64,000 bases of DNA from Octopus sinensis (taxonomy: Eukaryota), in the NCBI RefSeq assembly GCF_006345805.1, contig NC_043006.1:56048001-56112000 (forward strand). Direction: 5' to 3'. Shown in pieces: positions 13,229 through 28,159 of the stretch; the first letter of the stretch is position 1, and each line of letters starts with the position of its first letter. The notes beneath the pieces are model-generated. The model saw nothing but the letters and a program-made list of their open reading frames with translations, was not told the origin of the DNA and made no database searches. The translations under genes were made by a program, and so were the position numbers.

Positions 13229-15057
13229 TAGTATATTTTTTATATCGTGCTTTCACTTCACTACCGAACGCAGCTCTGTGTGCCTTGGGTATGTGCTGTG
13301 ATTTGTTGTGATGCTCTGATGGTTATTGTATGGAAAGTGTTCTGCGTAGGATGTGTGCAGTGCCTAGTAGTGCAATTTTCTGTATGTTATATGTGTTTGT
13401 AAGTCCTGGTGTTTTTGTTATGTATTTGTCTGAATATTTTTTTATCATGCCTAATGCACCTATTATGATAGGAATTGTTTCTGTTTTCAGATTCCACATT
13501 CTGGTTACCTCTATTTCCAGGTCTTTGTATTTTGAAAGTTTCTCCATTTCTTTTAGAGACACGTTGTCATCAGCCGGTATTGATACATCAATTAGAAGAC
13601 ATTTTTTTTCTTCATGATCTTTGACAACTATATCTGGTCTGTTGACCTTAATTTCTCTATCTATGTGTATTGGCATATCCCAGAGTATGGTTGCTTTCTC
13701 GTTTTCTGTGACCTTTTCTGGTGTGTGCCTATACCATCTTTTTTCTGTTGTTATTCCATAATGTTGGCATAGTTATTTATCCACAGGGTTTGTTTGGGTG
13801 GTGGTACTCCTGTTTGGATGGGTTTGAGTGAGTATCCAGCTTCTTTTGTGGCTGCAGTGGCTGCTGCGTATACTAAGTCATTTAGTTCAGTGATATCGCT
13901 TTTTGTTTCAGTGGCTATTAGTTCCGTGACGGCTATGTTTATGTTGTTTATAATTGATGTTGCTGTTTTGTCTATTTTGATTTTTGGGAGGTAAGGTCGG
14001 TGGTCCATTTTGAGCTCTGCGGTTTTCAGTTCTTTGACTATTCTACTTTTTATAGTTTCATAATCATTAGGCTCCCCTTCGTTGTTTCCAGGTTTGGGAT
14101 TTGTGTAGCTTTCTTTCTCATCCGTATGTTTGTTTGTCGTGTTTTGGCTTGCTGTTTGTCGTGTATTATTATGTATCCTTACGGTCTGGGTTTGTTGTTT
14201 TTTTGTTTACATCGTTTTTGTTGGAAATGTTACGTTTGTCTTCGTGTTTTACTATTTCAGTGTTTATATTATTTGGCATTGTTGTGTGGCTTCTATCTAC
14301 ATTTTCCTGGTGTATTTTTCTTTTAAATGTTCTATTTCTATTTCTGATATTTTTTTGCGTTGAGAATATATCTCCGTATATTTGCTAGTTCATTAGGGTT
14401 CATTGTTGTATCCAGGTCTTTATTTAAGTTATTTTTCTTCCATATTTTGTATGTATGTGTTGTCGTATTTTCATTCTTTGGGTAGAGCACTGCTGTAAAT
14501 TAAGCGTGTAGGATAGAAATGTATTCCTCACGTGTCCATTTATGTCTTTTGGGTTTTATTTGCGGGACACGAGGAACAACGTCCGGCCCATTATTTTGAC
14601 GGTCGCCATTTTCGTAGGGTACCGGTCCGTTCATTTCTATTGTCACATTGTTTTGCACGTGTAGTTTTTCGTACTTTCTGTGTAACAGGTTCAAAGTACG
14701 TACTTCCCGATTGTTATTCTTGGGTTGAATAATACCGGTATTATTTAATTTATTCGTAGTTTTTTTTTGTACATGGTGTTTGGGGCCGGAGATGATCTGG
14801 TGTTGATGGATCGTAATGTATCAAGCATGTTTACATGTGTTGTGTTAGAGGTAGAGATGATATCGAGTTAAAATACATCATTTCGTTTTGAAAATAGTAA
14901 CAAATTTCAATGAATATTACTTACTCGGATATAGTCCAATCCTTTGTCAATTATTTTTTAGCTCCATGCGATGTCTTTGTTTCCGATGTTTGTGGATAGA
15001 TTTTGGAGCACTGTTTTATCGCTCTTACCTGTTAAACGTCCCCGGTGTAATCTTCCT
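13226..15057 (-). mobile_element. R4/Dong-like retrotransposon copy 1, internally deleted (N-terminus fused to the RLE end near 13772), inserted in (TAA)n
   Basis: RLE motif RPDIVV...LIDVSIP...KLSKYKDLEIE; N-terminal KPKRHKWTREE; (TTA)n on both flanks. Confidence 0.85.
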
Positions 15058-15062
15058 TATTA

Positions 15063-15575
15063 TCTATATATATAAAACTGTAGTTGTGTGAGTGTCTGTC
15101 CCCTTCGATTTAGATTCCTAACTACTCCCACATTTTGCGGTGCAGTTTAACCAAATCCGGGTATCTTATAGTCGTGATTCATATCGAGCCCGTCTGAGTA
15201 TTAGCGCGCGTCTACGATGAGTCTACGATTTTAAAAATAATTTAACATAATTTTTTATTCCATTTTAATGCATAATTTTTCGTGTGTCGATGGCAGCGGA
15301 GTTGGCGTCCATGGTCACACCTGCACCTGTTTGCTTCTCCCCCTTCTTCCCTCCCTCGTGAAGCTGTGAGGAAGGGAGTGTAAGGATATCAACGTCGTAA
15401 AGCGTTGTCAAGGAGACCAGCGTTCTTTTAGAACAACGACTTCATGGCTTGAAGACACCAAAACAGAAATGGCTAAGAGAGCCCGAATTGGCATCTATAA
15501 GGGAAGTAACTCTCTAAAAATGCTTATATTGTTATTTCCCTTACAAACCCGAGCAACACCGGGCGATACTGCCAG
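15063..15575 (+). mobile_element. Non-autonomous Helitron-like element (duplicate at 21632-22143)
   Basis: Starts A|TCTATATATATAAAA and ends with hairpin CCCGAGCAACACCGGG plus CCAG|T (CTAG variant); no TSD, A/T insertion site. Confidence 0.7.
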
Positions 15576-15596
15576 TTATTATTATTATCATTATTA

Positions 15597-15634
<38 letters not shown>

Positions 15635-16109
15635 TGAATGATAATTTGAAAATGTACGGCAAAGATGAAACTAAAAATAGAATTACCGAATAGAGACTTG
15701 ATTAAACAAATTGAAACGGAAGGATATAAATACCTTGCTGTACTAGAGTTTAACGAGATAATGGAAAAGAAAATGAAAGGGAAACTGAGGAATGTTTCTT
15801 CTGACGTTGCCAAGATTACATATGAAGTTTACATATGAAAAAGAAATGACTAACTGAATTAGAGATTGACCAAATTAAACAAACAGTAAGGGATAAAAAG
15901 AACGAAGTTGCAACTAAAGAAGATGCTACTGAGGAAATGATTATAGACTAACCCAGGTCTGATGATAATGCAGTAATGATAGAAAGAGTCAATGTAACTG
16001 AAAAGCAAATTGAAATACTCTCTGAACCAATCACAAGCGCCAAGGCAGATGAAAATCAAATAGATGAAACTGAAAAAAGTCCGTCGTATACACACACACA
16101 CGCGCGCGC

Positions 16110-16172
<63 letters not shown>

Positions 16173-16799
16173 TGTATGTATGTATGTATGTATGTATGTA
16201 TGTATGTATGTATGTGTGTGTGTATGCATGTGTATGTGTGTCTGTGTGTCTGATTGCGTATGTGTGTGTGTGTGCGTTTGTCCCCCCCCCCCCCCACATC
16301 GCTTGACAACCGATGCTGGTGTGTTTATATCCCCGTCATTTAGCGGTTCGGCAAAAGAGACCGATAGAAAAAGTACTAGGCTTATAAGTCCTAGGGTCTA
16401 TTTGCTCGCCTAAAAGCGGTGCTCCTGCATGGCCACAGTCGAATGAATGAAACAAGTAAAAGAATAAAAGAATACACTCAATGTACAGGATGTAATCGAT
16501 TATTTGGTGAAACTTTCCTTAAAAACTATCCATCCTTCTGGAAGTTATGCGACAACAAATTCGGTGGGGTATTAAACTGTAGATATGCCTTTTTTCAATT
16601 AGAGTTAACGTTAATTTCCGTTACATTTTTGAAGAATTAATGGATTAACGATTAACGAAGCTAACTTTTGGTTAACGGATTAAATATTAACGAAGTTAAA
16701 TTTTCGATTAATGGTGTCCACCTCTGTTAATTCGTCTCTGATATATAGTAATTGTGTGCATAAAGAAAATAGACGTTACACAATGATGGAATTAAGCAA

Positions 16800-17770
16800 G
16801 TGAGATGATTCGGGGAATTTCAACCGTGTTTCGTGGTCTGCTACCACAACAGATCATTTATAGGATCCATTTAACTCAAGACATCATCAGGAGGAACCAC
16901 GTCCGGTTTCGACCCCTACTCCTCTACGGTTTTGACGTGGTTCCCCTCCCTTTTCGGAGGTGTCTTCAGCTCTGGTGTTGGGAGCATGTCTTTCTTTCTT
17001 CTGTTCCCTGACCTCTTCGATGTAGCTTCAACGAGTGTCAGCGGGCGACTGACTGCCTTGTAAAATTTTCCCTTTAAATACCTGCCGCATAGACTCCAGC
17101 AGGCAGCCCCAGCAGGCAGCCCCAGCAAGTTGTCACGTGACACTGTCTCAACTTTAACTGACCAATGAAGGCGCGTAGTCTTAGCCCACGCATTCTCTAA
17201 ACGAGACCGTCGCCTGTCAGTCAGCGAAGCTAATTCAGTGTCACCTTGTCTCACCTAGTGATGTTATTTCCCGCCGGCATGTTATGACTTTCACTTTTGG
17301 TCTTCCCGCTTCAGCCATACACAGAAGCTGGCTTTTTCAACCGCCTCCTGTACTCTCCTTATTAGTTTTCTCAGCTCCGCGCTAGAAATAAACAAATCTT
17401 CTTTTGAAAAGCGTTGTCATTTTCCTTTCAATGAAGCCTCTAGCCCCCCACTGCCAAGTGGTAATACTCGACATTCCATCCCTGTTCTCTACACTCTTCG
17501 ATTAGTTTTTCGTACCTCTTCTCCTTTCGTTTCTCTGCATTGTCGATGTTCTCTTCCCATGGCACTGTCAGTTCTAGCAAAATTCCTATTCTCTGTTCTC
17601 TGTCCCATAGGACTAAATCTGCTCTTTTTGTCGTTTTTATGAGTGGAAACATTACTAGTCTTACCAAATCCGTGGCCAGCTCCCTGTATTCCCTCCATCT
17701 TTCGTCTATCTCGTATGTTTTATTTGTAGGCCTGGTTTTATATCCTTTAAGCGAGATGATTCGGTTCATT
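16800..17770 (-). mobile_element. HERO-like RLE non-LTR retrotransposon 3' fragment (duplicate at about 23340-24330)
   Basis: RADLVLWD...LLELTVPWEENIDNAEKRKEKRYEKL...GW, typical of this RLE C-terminus. Confidence 0.7.
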
Positions 17771-18744
17771 AGTCATTCATATAAGTTATTTCCCTTTGAC
17801 AGATAACGCTTGAAATTTTATTTGTTTATGATGAAAGTATTTGATTCGTAATAGTATGTGTATGTGTGCGTGTTGATATGTGGACATATATGTGTATATA
17901 TATATACATGTATATACCAAGTTTTCCTCTCCTCTCTTCTATGTCTCAGATTGCATTCGGTTTAACGCCCTCTTTCATCCTCATAAAGTATCTATCTATC
18001 TATCTTCCTCTTTCTTTATGTAGCTCTCTTTTTATTTAAGCCTATTAATAATCACACGATTAACTCCCGCTATGCCTTTCGTTACGAGTAGCATGATTCA
18101 CCCCCTTTCCGCCTCACTCTGACTTTCCCACTCCCTCTCATTCACACTCTCTTTCTGTCTCGCTCGCTGATACATTTTATTTGTTTTTTTTTTATCGTTC
18201 ATTCGTTTGTACCAACATAAATGTCATCAGGACCTGCATAAAATACTTTACATACTACACTATCGCAGACAGGAATATAAACAAGTTGGTATAGGCCTTT
18301 ATTGGCTTCAGTTGTATGGTTGTAGAGTTCACAGACAATAGGGTAAGTTCAATTAATAATAGATGTGAGAAAGCTAGGTTTTTGACTCTCGTTTTCATCT
18401 TTGAGTTTGTATTTACAATATAATCTGACAAAAAAAAATTCTGAAATAAAATAATAGAAAGCATAAATTTATATATGAACGATTGAAAATGGACAGAATG
18501 TAAGAAATTTGGTTGGAAAATGTTTAAATGCAACCTAACGGCATTTCTTCTAGCGTTACGTTCTGAGTTCAAATTCCGCCGAGGTCGACTTTGCCTTTCA
18601 TCCTTTCGAGGTCGATTAAATAAGTACCAGTTACGCGCTGGGGGTCGATGTAATCGACTGAAACCCTTTATCTCTCCTTGTTTGTCCCCTCTATGTTTAG
18701 CAACTTGTGGGCAATAAAGAAATAAATAAAAATAGAAACGCTAA

Positions 18745-18778
<34 letters not shown>

Positions 18779-19796
18779 TGTGTGTGTATGTGTGCGCGCG
18801 CGTATGGGAGAGAGAGAGAGAGAGAGGGGGGAGAGAGAATGAGAGGAATAAGGATATAAACATTTCCTGTTTTGGAAATTGTGAAATTTCTGTGATAACA
18901 TTTCCATTTTTTGGGGAATAATTAAAATAATCTTGCTAAATAGCGGAAGATTTGCCGTGCAAGAAATTTCAATGACCTACTTAATATTTATTCACATTTT
19001 CTTTTCATGTTAGCACGCCGGACGAACTGCGTAGCAGTAATACGCCCGTTGCTACATTCTGAATTCAAATTCCACCGAGGTCGACTTTGCCTTTCATCCT
19101 CTCGGAGTTGATAAATTAAGTACCAGTTGCGTACTCGGGTGATCAAACCGACTGGCCCCCTCCCCCAAAATTTCAGGCCTTGTGCCTATAGCAGAAAGGA
19201 TTCGTATATTTCAATGAAAACTATTCGCGCCAGCGCAACAGCTTCTAAATGGTTGGTTGAGCTGCTAGAAATAGCAACTAAACCTCCCTTAAAGCATATC
19301 ATATCTTAGACCAAGGGAAGCCACATTAGAAAGTTTAGTCTTACTTATTTTTATAGAAATTAGGGAGGTTATAGCTGCAAACCTTGAGATATAAAACTGC
19401 TTAATCATAATACGACACTGTTAATCTAAATGTTTACAATTGAGAACTAGTACCTTCTATAGCCTCGGGTCGACGAAAGCCTTGTGTGTAGAATTGGTTG
19501 GCGAAAACTGAAAGAAAACCGTCGTATACACACACACACACTTACACACACACACACACTTACACACACAGAGTCTCACACACACACACAGTCACACACA
19601 CACATTTATGTGTGTATATATATCTTTTAAATTTGTTTACAGGAAACGTTTTGAATGTGCAAATAAAGCTCCTATCCCATTATACCGGCTACGATCTTAT
19701 GTTTACTGGTGAAACAATTTTTGGGGTTGCATCGCGCCATACCGATATAACGTAGGATAAGTATATTATAATAATAATAATTATTATTATTATTAT

Positions 19797-21626
19797 TCAG
19801 TAGTTTTATTTTTATAGCGTGCTTTCACTTCACTACCGAGCGCAGCTCTGTGTGCCTTGGGTATGTACTGTGATTTGTTGTGATGCTCTGATGGTTATTG
19901 TATGGAAAGTGTTCTGCGTAGGATGTGTGCAGTTCCTAGTAGTGCAATTTTCTGTATGTTATATGTGTTTGTAAGTCCTGGTGTTTTTGTTATGTATTTG
20001 TCTGAATATTTTTTTATCATGCCTAATGCACCTACTATGATAGGAATTGTTTCTGTTTTTAGATTCCACATTCTGGCTACCTCTATTTCCAGGTCTTTGT
20101 ATTTTGAGAGTTTCTCCATTTCTTGTAGAGACACGTTGTCATCAGCCGGTATTGATACATCAATTAGAAAGTATTTTTTTCTTCATGATCTTTGACAACT
20201 ATATCTGGTCTGTTGGCCTTAATTTCTCTATCTATGTGTATTGGCATATCCCAGAGTATGGTTGCTTTCTCGTTTTCTGTGACCTTTTCTGGTGTGTGCC
20301 TATACCATCTTTTTTCTGTTGTTATTCCATAATGTTGGCATAGTTATTTATCCACAGGGTTTGTTTGGGTGGTGGTACTCCTGTTTGGATGGGTTTGAGT
20401 GAGTATCCAGCTTCTTTTGTGGCTGCAGTGGCTGCTGCGTATACTAAGTCATTTAGTTCAGTGATATCGCTTTTTGTTTCAGTGGCTATTAGTTCCGTGA
20501 CGGCTATGTTTATGTTGTTTATAATTGATGTTGCTGTTTTGTCTATTTGATTTTTGGGAGGTAAGGTCGGTGGTCCATTTTGAGCTCTGCGGTTTTCAGT
20601 TCTTTGACTATTCTACTTTTTATAGTTTCATAATCATTAGGCTCCCCTTCGTTGTTTCCAGGTTTTAGATTTGTGTCGCTTTCTTTCTCATCTGTATGTT
20701 TGTTTGTCGTGATTTGGCTTGCTGTTTGTCGTGTATTATTGTGTATCCTTACGGTCTGGGTTTGTTGTTTTTTGTTTACATCGTTTTTGTTGGAAATGTT
20801 ACGTTTGTCTTCGTGTTTTACTGTTTCAGTGTTTATATTATTTGGCATTGTTCTGTGGCTTCTATCTACATTTTCCTGGTGTATTTTTTCTTTTAAATGT
20901 TCTATTTCTATTTCTGATATTTTTTGCGTTGAGAATATATCTCCGTATATTTGCTAGTTTATTAGGGTTCATTGTTGTATCCAGGTCTTTATTTATGTTA
21001 TTTTTCTTCCATATTTTGTATGTATGTGTTGTCGTATTTTCATTCTTTGGGTAGAGCACTGCTGTAAATTAAGCGTGTAGGATAGAAATGTATTCCTCAC
21101 GTGTCCATTTATGTCTTTTGGGTTTTATTTGCGGGACACGAGGAACAACGTCCGGCCCATTATTTTGACGGTCGTCATTTTCGTAGGGTACCGGTCCGTT
21201 CATTTCTATTGTCACATTGTTTTGCACGTGTAGTTTTTCGTACTTTCTGTGTAACAGGTTCAAAGTACGTACTTCCCGATTGTTATTCTTGGGTTGAATA
21301 ATACCGGTATTATTTAATTTATTCGTAGTTTTTTTTTGTACATGGTGTTTGGGGCCGGAGATGATCTGGTGTTGATGGATCGTAATGTATCAAGCATGTT
21401 TACATGTGTTGTGTTAGAGGTAGAGATGATATCGAGTTAAAATACATCATTTCGTTTTGAAAATAGTAACAAATTTCAATGAATATTACTTACTCGGATA
21501 TAGTCCAATCCTTTGTCAATTATTTTTTAGCTCCATGCGATGTCTTTGTTTCCGATGTTTGTGGATAGATTTTGGAGCACTGTTTTATCGCTCTTACCTG
21601 TTAAACGTCCCCGGTGTAATCTTCCT
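19797..21626 (-). mobile_element. R4/Dong-like copy 2, a chimera of copy 3 (left) and copy 1 (right)
   Basis: Same internal deletion as copy 1, but the 3'-end SNPs match copy 3. Confidence 0.85.
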
Positions 21627-22664
21627 TATTATCTATATATATAAAACTGTAGTTGTGTGAGTGTCTGTCCCCTTCGATTTAGATTCCTAACTACTCCCAC
21701 ATTTTGCGGTGCAGTTTAACCAAATCCGGGTATCTTATAGTCGTGATTCATATCGAGCCCGTCTGAGTATTAGCGCGCGTCTACGATGAGTCTACGATTT
21801 TAAAAATAATTTAACATAATTTTTTATTCCATTTTAATGCATAATTTTTCGTGTGTCGATGGCAGCGGAGTTGGCGTCCATGGTCACACCTGCACCTGTT
21901 TGCTTCTCCCCCTTCTTCCTCCCTCGTGAAGCTGTGAGGAAGGGAGTGTAAGGATATCAACGTCGTAAAGCGTTGTCAAGGAGACCAGCGTTCTTTTAGA
22001 ACAACGACTTCATGGCTTGAAGACACCAAAACAGAAATGGCTAAGAGAGCCCGAATTGGCATCTATAAGGGAAGTAACTCTCTAAAAATGCTTATATTGT
22101 TATTTCCCTTACAAACCCGAGCAACACCGGGCGATACTGCCAGTTATTATTATTATCATTATTATCATTATTATTATTATATTATTATTATTATTATTAT
22201 TTGAATGATAATTTGAAAATGTACGGCAAAGATGAAACTAAAAATAGAATTACCGAATAGAGACTTGATTAAACAAATTGAAACGGAAGGATATAAATAC
22301 CTTGCTGTACTAGAGTTTAACGAGATAATGGAAAAGAAAATGAAAGGGAAACTGAGGAATGTTTCTTCTGACGTTGCCAAGATTACATATGAAGTTACAT
22401 ATGAAAAGAAATGACTAACTGAATTAGAGATTGACCAAACAGTAAGGGATAAAAAGAACGAAGTTGCAACTAAAGAAGATGCTACTGAGGAAATGATTAT
22501 AGACTAACCAGGTCTGATGATAATGCAGTAATGATAGAAAGAGTCAATGTAACTGAAAAGCAAATTGAAATACTCTCTGAACCAATCACAAGCGCCAAGG
22601 CAGATGAAAATCAAATAGATGAAACTGAAAAAAGTCCGTCGTATACACACACACACGCGCGCGC

Positions 22665-22727
<63 letters not shown>

Positions 22728-25294
22728 TGTATGTATGTATGTATGTATGTATGTATGTGTGTGTGTATGCATGTGTATGTGTGTCTGTGTGTCTGATTGC
22801 GTATGTGTGTGTGTGTGCGTTTGTCCCCCCCCCCACATCGCTTGACAACCGATGCTGGTGTGTTTATATCCCCGTCATTTAGCGGTTCGGCAAAAGAGAC
22901 CGATAGAAAAAGTACTAGGCTTATAAGTCCTAGGGTCTATTTGCTCGCCTAAAAGCGGTGCTCCTGCATGGCCACAGTCGAATGAATGAAACAAGTAAAA
23001 GAATAAAAGAATACACTCAATGTACAGGATGTAATCGATTATTTGGTGAAACTTTCCTTAAAAACTATCCATCCTTCTGGAAGTTATGCGACAACAAATT
23101 CGGTGGGGTATTAAACTGTAGATATGCCTTTTTTCAATTAGAGTTAACGTTAATTTCCGTTACATTTTTGAAGAATTAATGGATTAACGATTAACGAAGC
23201 TAACTTTTGGTTAACGGATTAAATATTAACGAAGTTAAATTTTCGATTAATGGTGTCCACCTCTGTTAATTCGTCTCTGATATATAGTAATTGTGTGCAT
23301 AAAGAAAATAGACGTTACACAATGATGGAATTAAGCAAGTGAGATGATTCGGGGAATTTCAACCGTGTTTCGTGGTCTGCTACCACAACAGATCATTTAT
23401 AGGATCCATTTAACTCAAGACATCATCAGGAGGAACCACGTCCGGTTTCGACCCCTACTCCTCTACGGTTTTGACGTGGTTCCCCTCCCTTTTCGGAGGT
23501 GTCTTCAGCTCTGGTGTTGGGAGCATGTCTTTCTTTCTTCTGTTCCCTGACCTCTTCGATGTAGCTTCAACGAGTGTCAGCGGGCGACTGACTGCCTTGT
23601 AAAATTTTCCCTTTAAATACCTGCCGCATAGACTCCAGCAGGCAGCCCCAGCAGGCAGCCCCAGCAGGCAGCCCCAGCAAGTTGTCACGTGACACTGTCT
23701 CAACTTTAACTGACCAATGAAGGCGCGTAGTCTTAGCCCACGCATTCTCTAAACGAGACCGTCGCCTGTCAGTCAGCGAAGCTAATTCAGTGTCACCTTG
23801 TCTCACCTAGTGATGTTATTTCCCGCCGGCATGTTATGACTTTCACTTTTGGTCTTCCCGCTTCAGCCATACACAGAAGCTGGCTTTTTCAACCGCCTCC
23901 TGTACTCTCCTTATTAGTTTTCTCAGCTCCGCGCTAGAAATAAACAAATCTTCTTTTGAAAAGCGTTGTCATTTTCCTTTCAATGAAGCCTCTAGCCCCC
24001 CACTGCCAAGTGGTAATACTCGACATTCCATCCCTGTTCTCTACACTCTTCGATTAGTTTTTCGTACCTCTTCTCCTTTCGTTTCTCTGCATTGTCGATG
24101 TTCTCTTCCATGGCACTGTCAGTTCTAGCAAAATTCCTATTCTCTGTTCTCTGTCCCATAGGACTAAATCTGCTCTTTTTGTCGTTTTTATGAGTGGAAA
24201 CATTACTAGTCTTACCAAATCCGTGGCCAGCTCCCTGTATTCCCTCCATCTTTCGTCTATCTCGTATGTTTTATTTGTAGGCCTGGTTTTATATCCTTTA
24301 AGCGAGATGATTCGGTTCATATTAGTCATTCATATAAGTTATTTCCCTTTGACAGATAACGCTTGAAATTTTATTTGTGTATGATGAAAGTATTTGATTC
24401 GTAATAGTATGTGTAAGTGTGCGTGTTGATATGTGGACATATATGTGTATATATATATACATGTATATACCAAGTTTTCCTCTCCTCTCTTCTATGTCTC
24501 AGATTGCATTCGGTTTAACGCCCTCTTTCAACCTCATAAAGTATCTATCTATCTATCTTCCTCTTTCTTTATGTAGCTCTCTTTTTATTTAAGCCTATTA
24601 ATAATCACACGATTAACTCCCGCTATGCCTTTCGTTACGAGTAGCATGATTCACCCCTTTCCGCCTCACTCTGACTTTCCCACTCCCTCTCATTCACACT
24701 CTCTTTCTGTCTCGCTCGCTGATACATTTTATTTGTTTTTTTTTTATCGTTCATTCGTTTGTACCAACATAAATGTCATCAGGACCTGCATAAAATACTT
24801 ACATACTACACTATCGCAGACAGGAATATAAACAAGTTGGTATAGGCCTTTATTGGCTTCAGTTGTATGGTTGTAGAGTTCACAGACAATAGGGTAAGTT
24901 CAATTAATAATAGATGTGAGAAAGCTAGGTTTTTGACTCTCGTTTTCATCTTTGAGTTTGTATTTACAATATAATCTGACAAAAAAAAATTCTGAAATAA
25001 AATAATAGAAAGCATAAATTTATATATGAACGATTGAAAATGGACAGAATGTAAGAAATTTGGTTGGAAAATGTTTAAATGCAACCTAACGGCATTTCTT
25101 CTAGCGTTACGTTCTGAGTTCAAATTCCGCCGAGGTCGACTTTGCCTTTCATCCTTTCGAGGTCGATTAAATAAGTACCAGTTACGCGCTGGGGGTCGAT
25201 GTAATCGACTGAAACCTTTATCTCTCCTTGTTTGTCCCCTCTATGTTTAGCAACTTGTGGGCAATAAAGAAATAAATAAAAATAGAAACGCTAA

Positions 25295-25326
<32 letters not shown>

Positions 25327-26344
25327 TGTGTGTGTATGTGTGCGCGCGCGTATGGGAGAGAGAGAGAGAGGGGGGGGAGAGAGAATGAGAGGAATAAGGA
25401 TATAAACATTTCCTGTTTTGGAAATTGTGAAATTTCTGTGATAACATTTCCATTTTTTGGGGAATAATTAAAATAATCTTGCTAAATAGCGGAAGATTTG
25501 CCGTGCAAGAAATTTCAATGACCTACTTAATATTTATTCACATTTTCTTTTCATGTTAGCACGCCGGACGAACTGCGTAGCAGTAATACGCCCGTTGCTA
25601 CATTCTGAATTCAAATTCCACCGAGGTCGACTTTGCCTTTCATCCTCTCGGAGTTGATAAATTAAGTACCAGTTGCGTACTCGGGTGATCAAACCGACTG
25701 GCCCCCTCCCCCAAAATTTCAGGCCTTGTGCCTATAGCAGAAAGGATTCGTATATTTCAATGAAAACTATTCGCGCCAGCGCAACAGCTTCTAAATGGTT
25801 GGTTGAGCTGCTAGAAATAGCAACTAAACCTCCCTTAAAGCATATCATATCTTAGACCAAGGGAAGCCACATTAGAAAGTTTAGTCTTACTTATTTTTAT
25901 AGAAATTAGGGAGGTTATAGCTGCAAACCTTGAGATATAAAACTGCTTAATCATAATACGACACTGTTAATCTAAATGTTTACAATTGAGAACTAGTACC
26001 TTCTATAGCCTCGGGTCGACGAAAGCCTTGTGTGTAGAATTGGTTGGCGAAAACTGAAAGAAAACCGTCGTATACACACACACACACTTACACACACACA
26101 CACACTTACACACACAGAGTCTCACACACACACACACAGTCACACACACACATTTATGTGTGTATATATATCTTTTAAATTTGTTTACAGGAAACGTTTT
26201 GAATGTGCAAATAAAGCTCCTATCCCATTATACCGGCTACGATCTTATGTTTACTGGTGAAACAATTTTTGGGGTTGCATCGCGCCATACCGATATAACG
26301 TAGGATAAGTATATTATAATAATAATAATTATTATTATTATTAT

Positions 26345-28060
26345 TCAGTAGTTTTATTTTTATAGCGTGCTTTCACTTCACTACCGAGCGCAGCTCTGTG
26401 TGCCTTGGGTATGTACTGTGATTTGTTGTGATGCTCTGATGGTTATTGTATGGAAAGTGTTCTGCGTAGGATGTGTGCAGTTCCTAGTAGTGCAATTTTC
26501 TGTATGTTATATGTGTTTGTAAGTCCTGGTGTTTTTGTTATGTATTTGTCTGAATATTTTTTTATCATGCCTAATGCACCTACTATGATAGGAATTGTTT
26601 CTGTTTTTAGATTCCACATTCTGGCTACCTCTATTTCCAGGTCTTTGTATTTTGAGAGTTTCTCCATTTCTTGTAGAGACACGTTGTCATCAGCCGGTAT
26701 TGATACATCAATTAGAAAGTATTTTTTTCTTCATGATCTTTGACAACTATATCTGGTCTGTTGGCCTTAATTTCTCTATCTGTGTGTATCGGCATATCCC
26801 AGAGTATGGTTGCTTTCTCGTTTTCTGTGACCTTTTCTGGTGTGTACCTATACCATCTTTTTTCTGTTGTTATTCCATAATGTTGGCATAGCTTCCAATG
26901 TATGTAGGTTCCAACTCTGTCATGTCTGTGAATATATTCCTTCTTAGCCAGGACTGGGCAGCTAGAGATAATATGATTTATTGTTTCTTGTCCATCTCCA
27001 CATATTCTGCAGTTACTTGTTATATTTCTTTTCATTACATGTTTTTGGTAATTTCTGGTGGGGAGGCTTTGGTCTTGTGCTGCAATTAAAAATCCCTCTG
27101 TTTCTGCTTTGAGTCCTGAGCTTCTCAACCATTGCTGGGATTTTTCTTTGTCTATTTCTTTTCCGTTTAGTTTAGTCCAGTATTTACCATGAAGGGGCTT
27201 TTCTCGTCATCGTTTTATCATGGTCGTTGCTGTTCTATTTTTAGTTTGGATTTCATTTGTTTTATAGCTTTTGTTGTTTCTTCATCATCTTCTTCTTCTT
27301 CATATTTATTAGGTGGTATGATTTCTTGTTTGTATTTGTCAGCTTCCTTAAATACTGAGAACAGTTTTTTGTTTTGCTTGTGTTTTGCCGCTATTTGTAT
27401 AAGTTTTCCTTCCTTCTGAAGTAGATATTTTTGCAATCCTATGGTGGTTATTTTATAGTAGTTTTCCAGTTGTATAAGGCCTCTACCACCTTCTATACGT
27501 TGTATATATAGTCTTTCTATGTCAGATTTTGGGTGATGCATCCTAGATCCTGTCATTATTTTTCTTGTTTTCCTATCTATTTTGGTCAGTTCATTTAGTG
27601 TCCAGTTAAGGATATTGTAGCTGTAACTTATAACTGGGACAGCTAAAGTGTTAATACCTATTATCTTGTTTTTAGCATTGAGCTCTGTTTTTAGTATTGA
27701 TCTAACTCGTCTATAATATTCTTTTTTTATTTTCTCTTTCATTTGTGTGTGTTGTGTCTTATCTAGTTCATGGATTCCTAAGTACTTGTAAGTTTGGCTT
27801 TGGTCTAATTCTTTTATTTCATTGGTTTTATCTAGTGTGATGTTGCTGCTCTTAACTAGTTTTCCTCTTTTCAGGGTTACTTTGGCGCATTTTTCTAATC
27901 CAAATTTTATATCTATTTCTTTGGTAAATCCATGAACTGTCTTTAATAGTGTTTTCAGCTGTTTGCCATTTGCAGCGTATAGTTTTAGGTCATCCATATA
28001 TAAAAGGTGGCTGATCGTTTTGCCGTAACATTTATATCCGCATCCAGTTCTATTTAGCGT
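26345..28060 (-). mobile_element. R4/Dong-like copy 3, 5'-truncated (end of RT, CCHC, RLE), inserted in (TAA)n
   Basis: YMDDLKLYA, GGRGLI, AAQDQSL, CRIC..ETINHIISSC, HRHDRV, RPDIVV; (TTA)n on both sides. Confidence 0.9.
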
Positions 28061-28073
28061 TATTTATTATTTC

Positions 28074-28159
<86 letters not shown>

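Larger units (their letters stand above)
13655..26773 (+). repeat. Tandem duplication, two near-identical units of about 6.55 kb (about 13655-20225 and 20226-26773)
   Basis: Identical ORF pairs offset by about 6.55 kb (e.g. 14888/21457, 16419/22958, 19127/25673). Confidence 0.95.

Noticed and set aside
17093-17128. 13-bp CAGCAGGCAGCCC repeats (2 copies here, 3 near 23635) as a CRISPR-like array
   Set aside because: Head-to-tail minisatellite without spacers, inside a retroelement 3' region of eukaryotic DNA.
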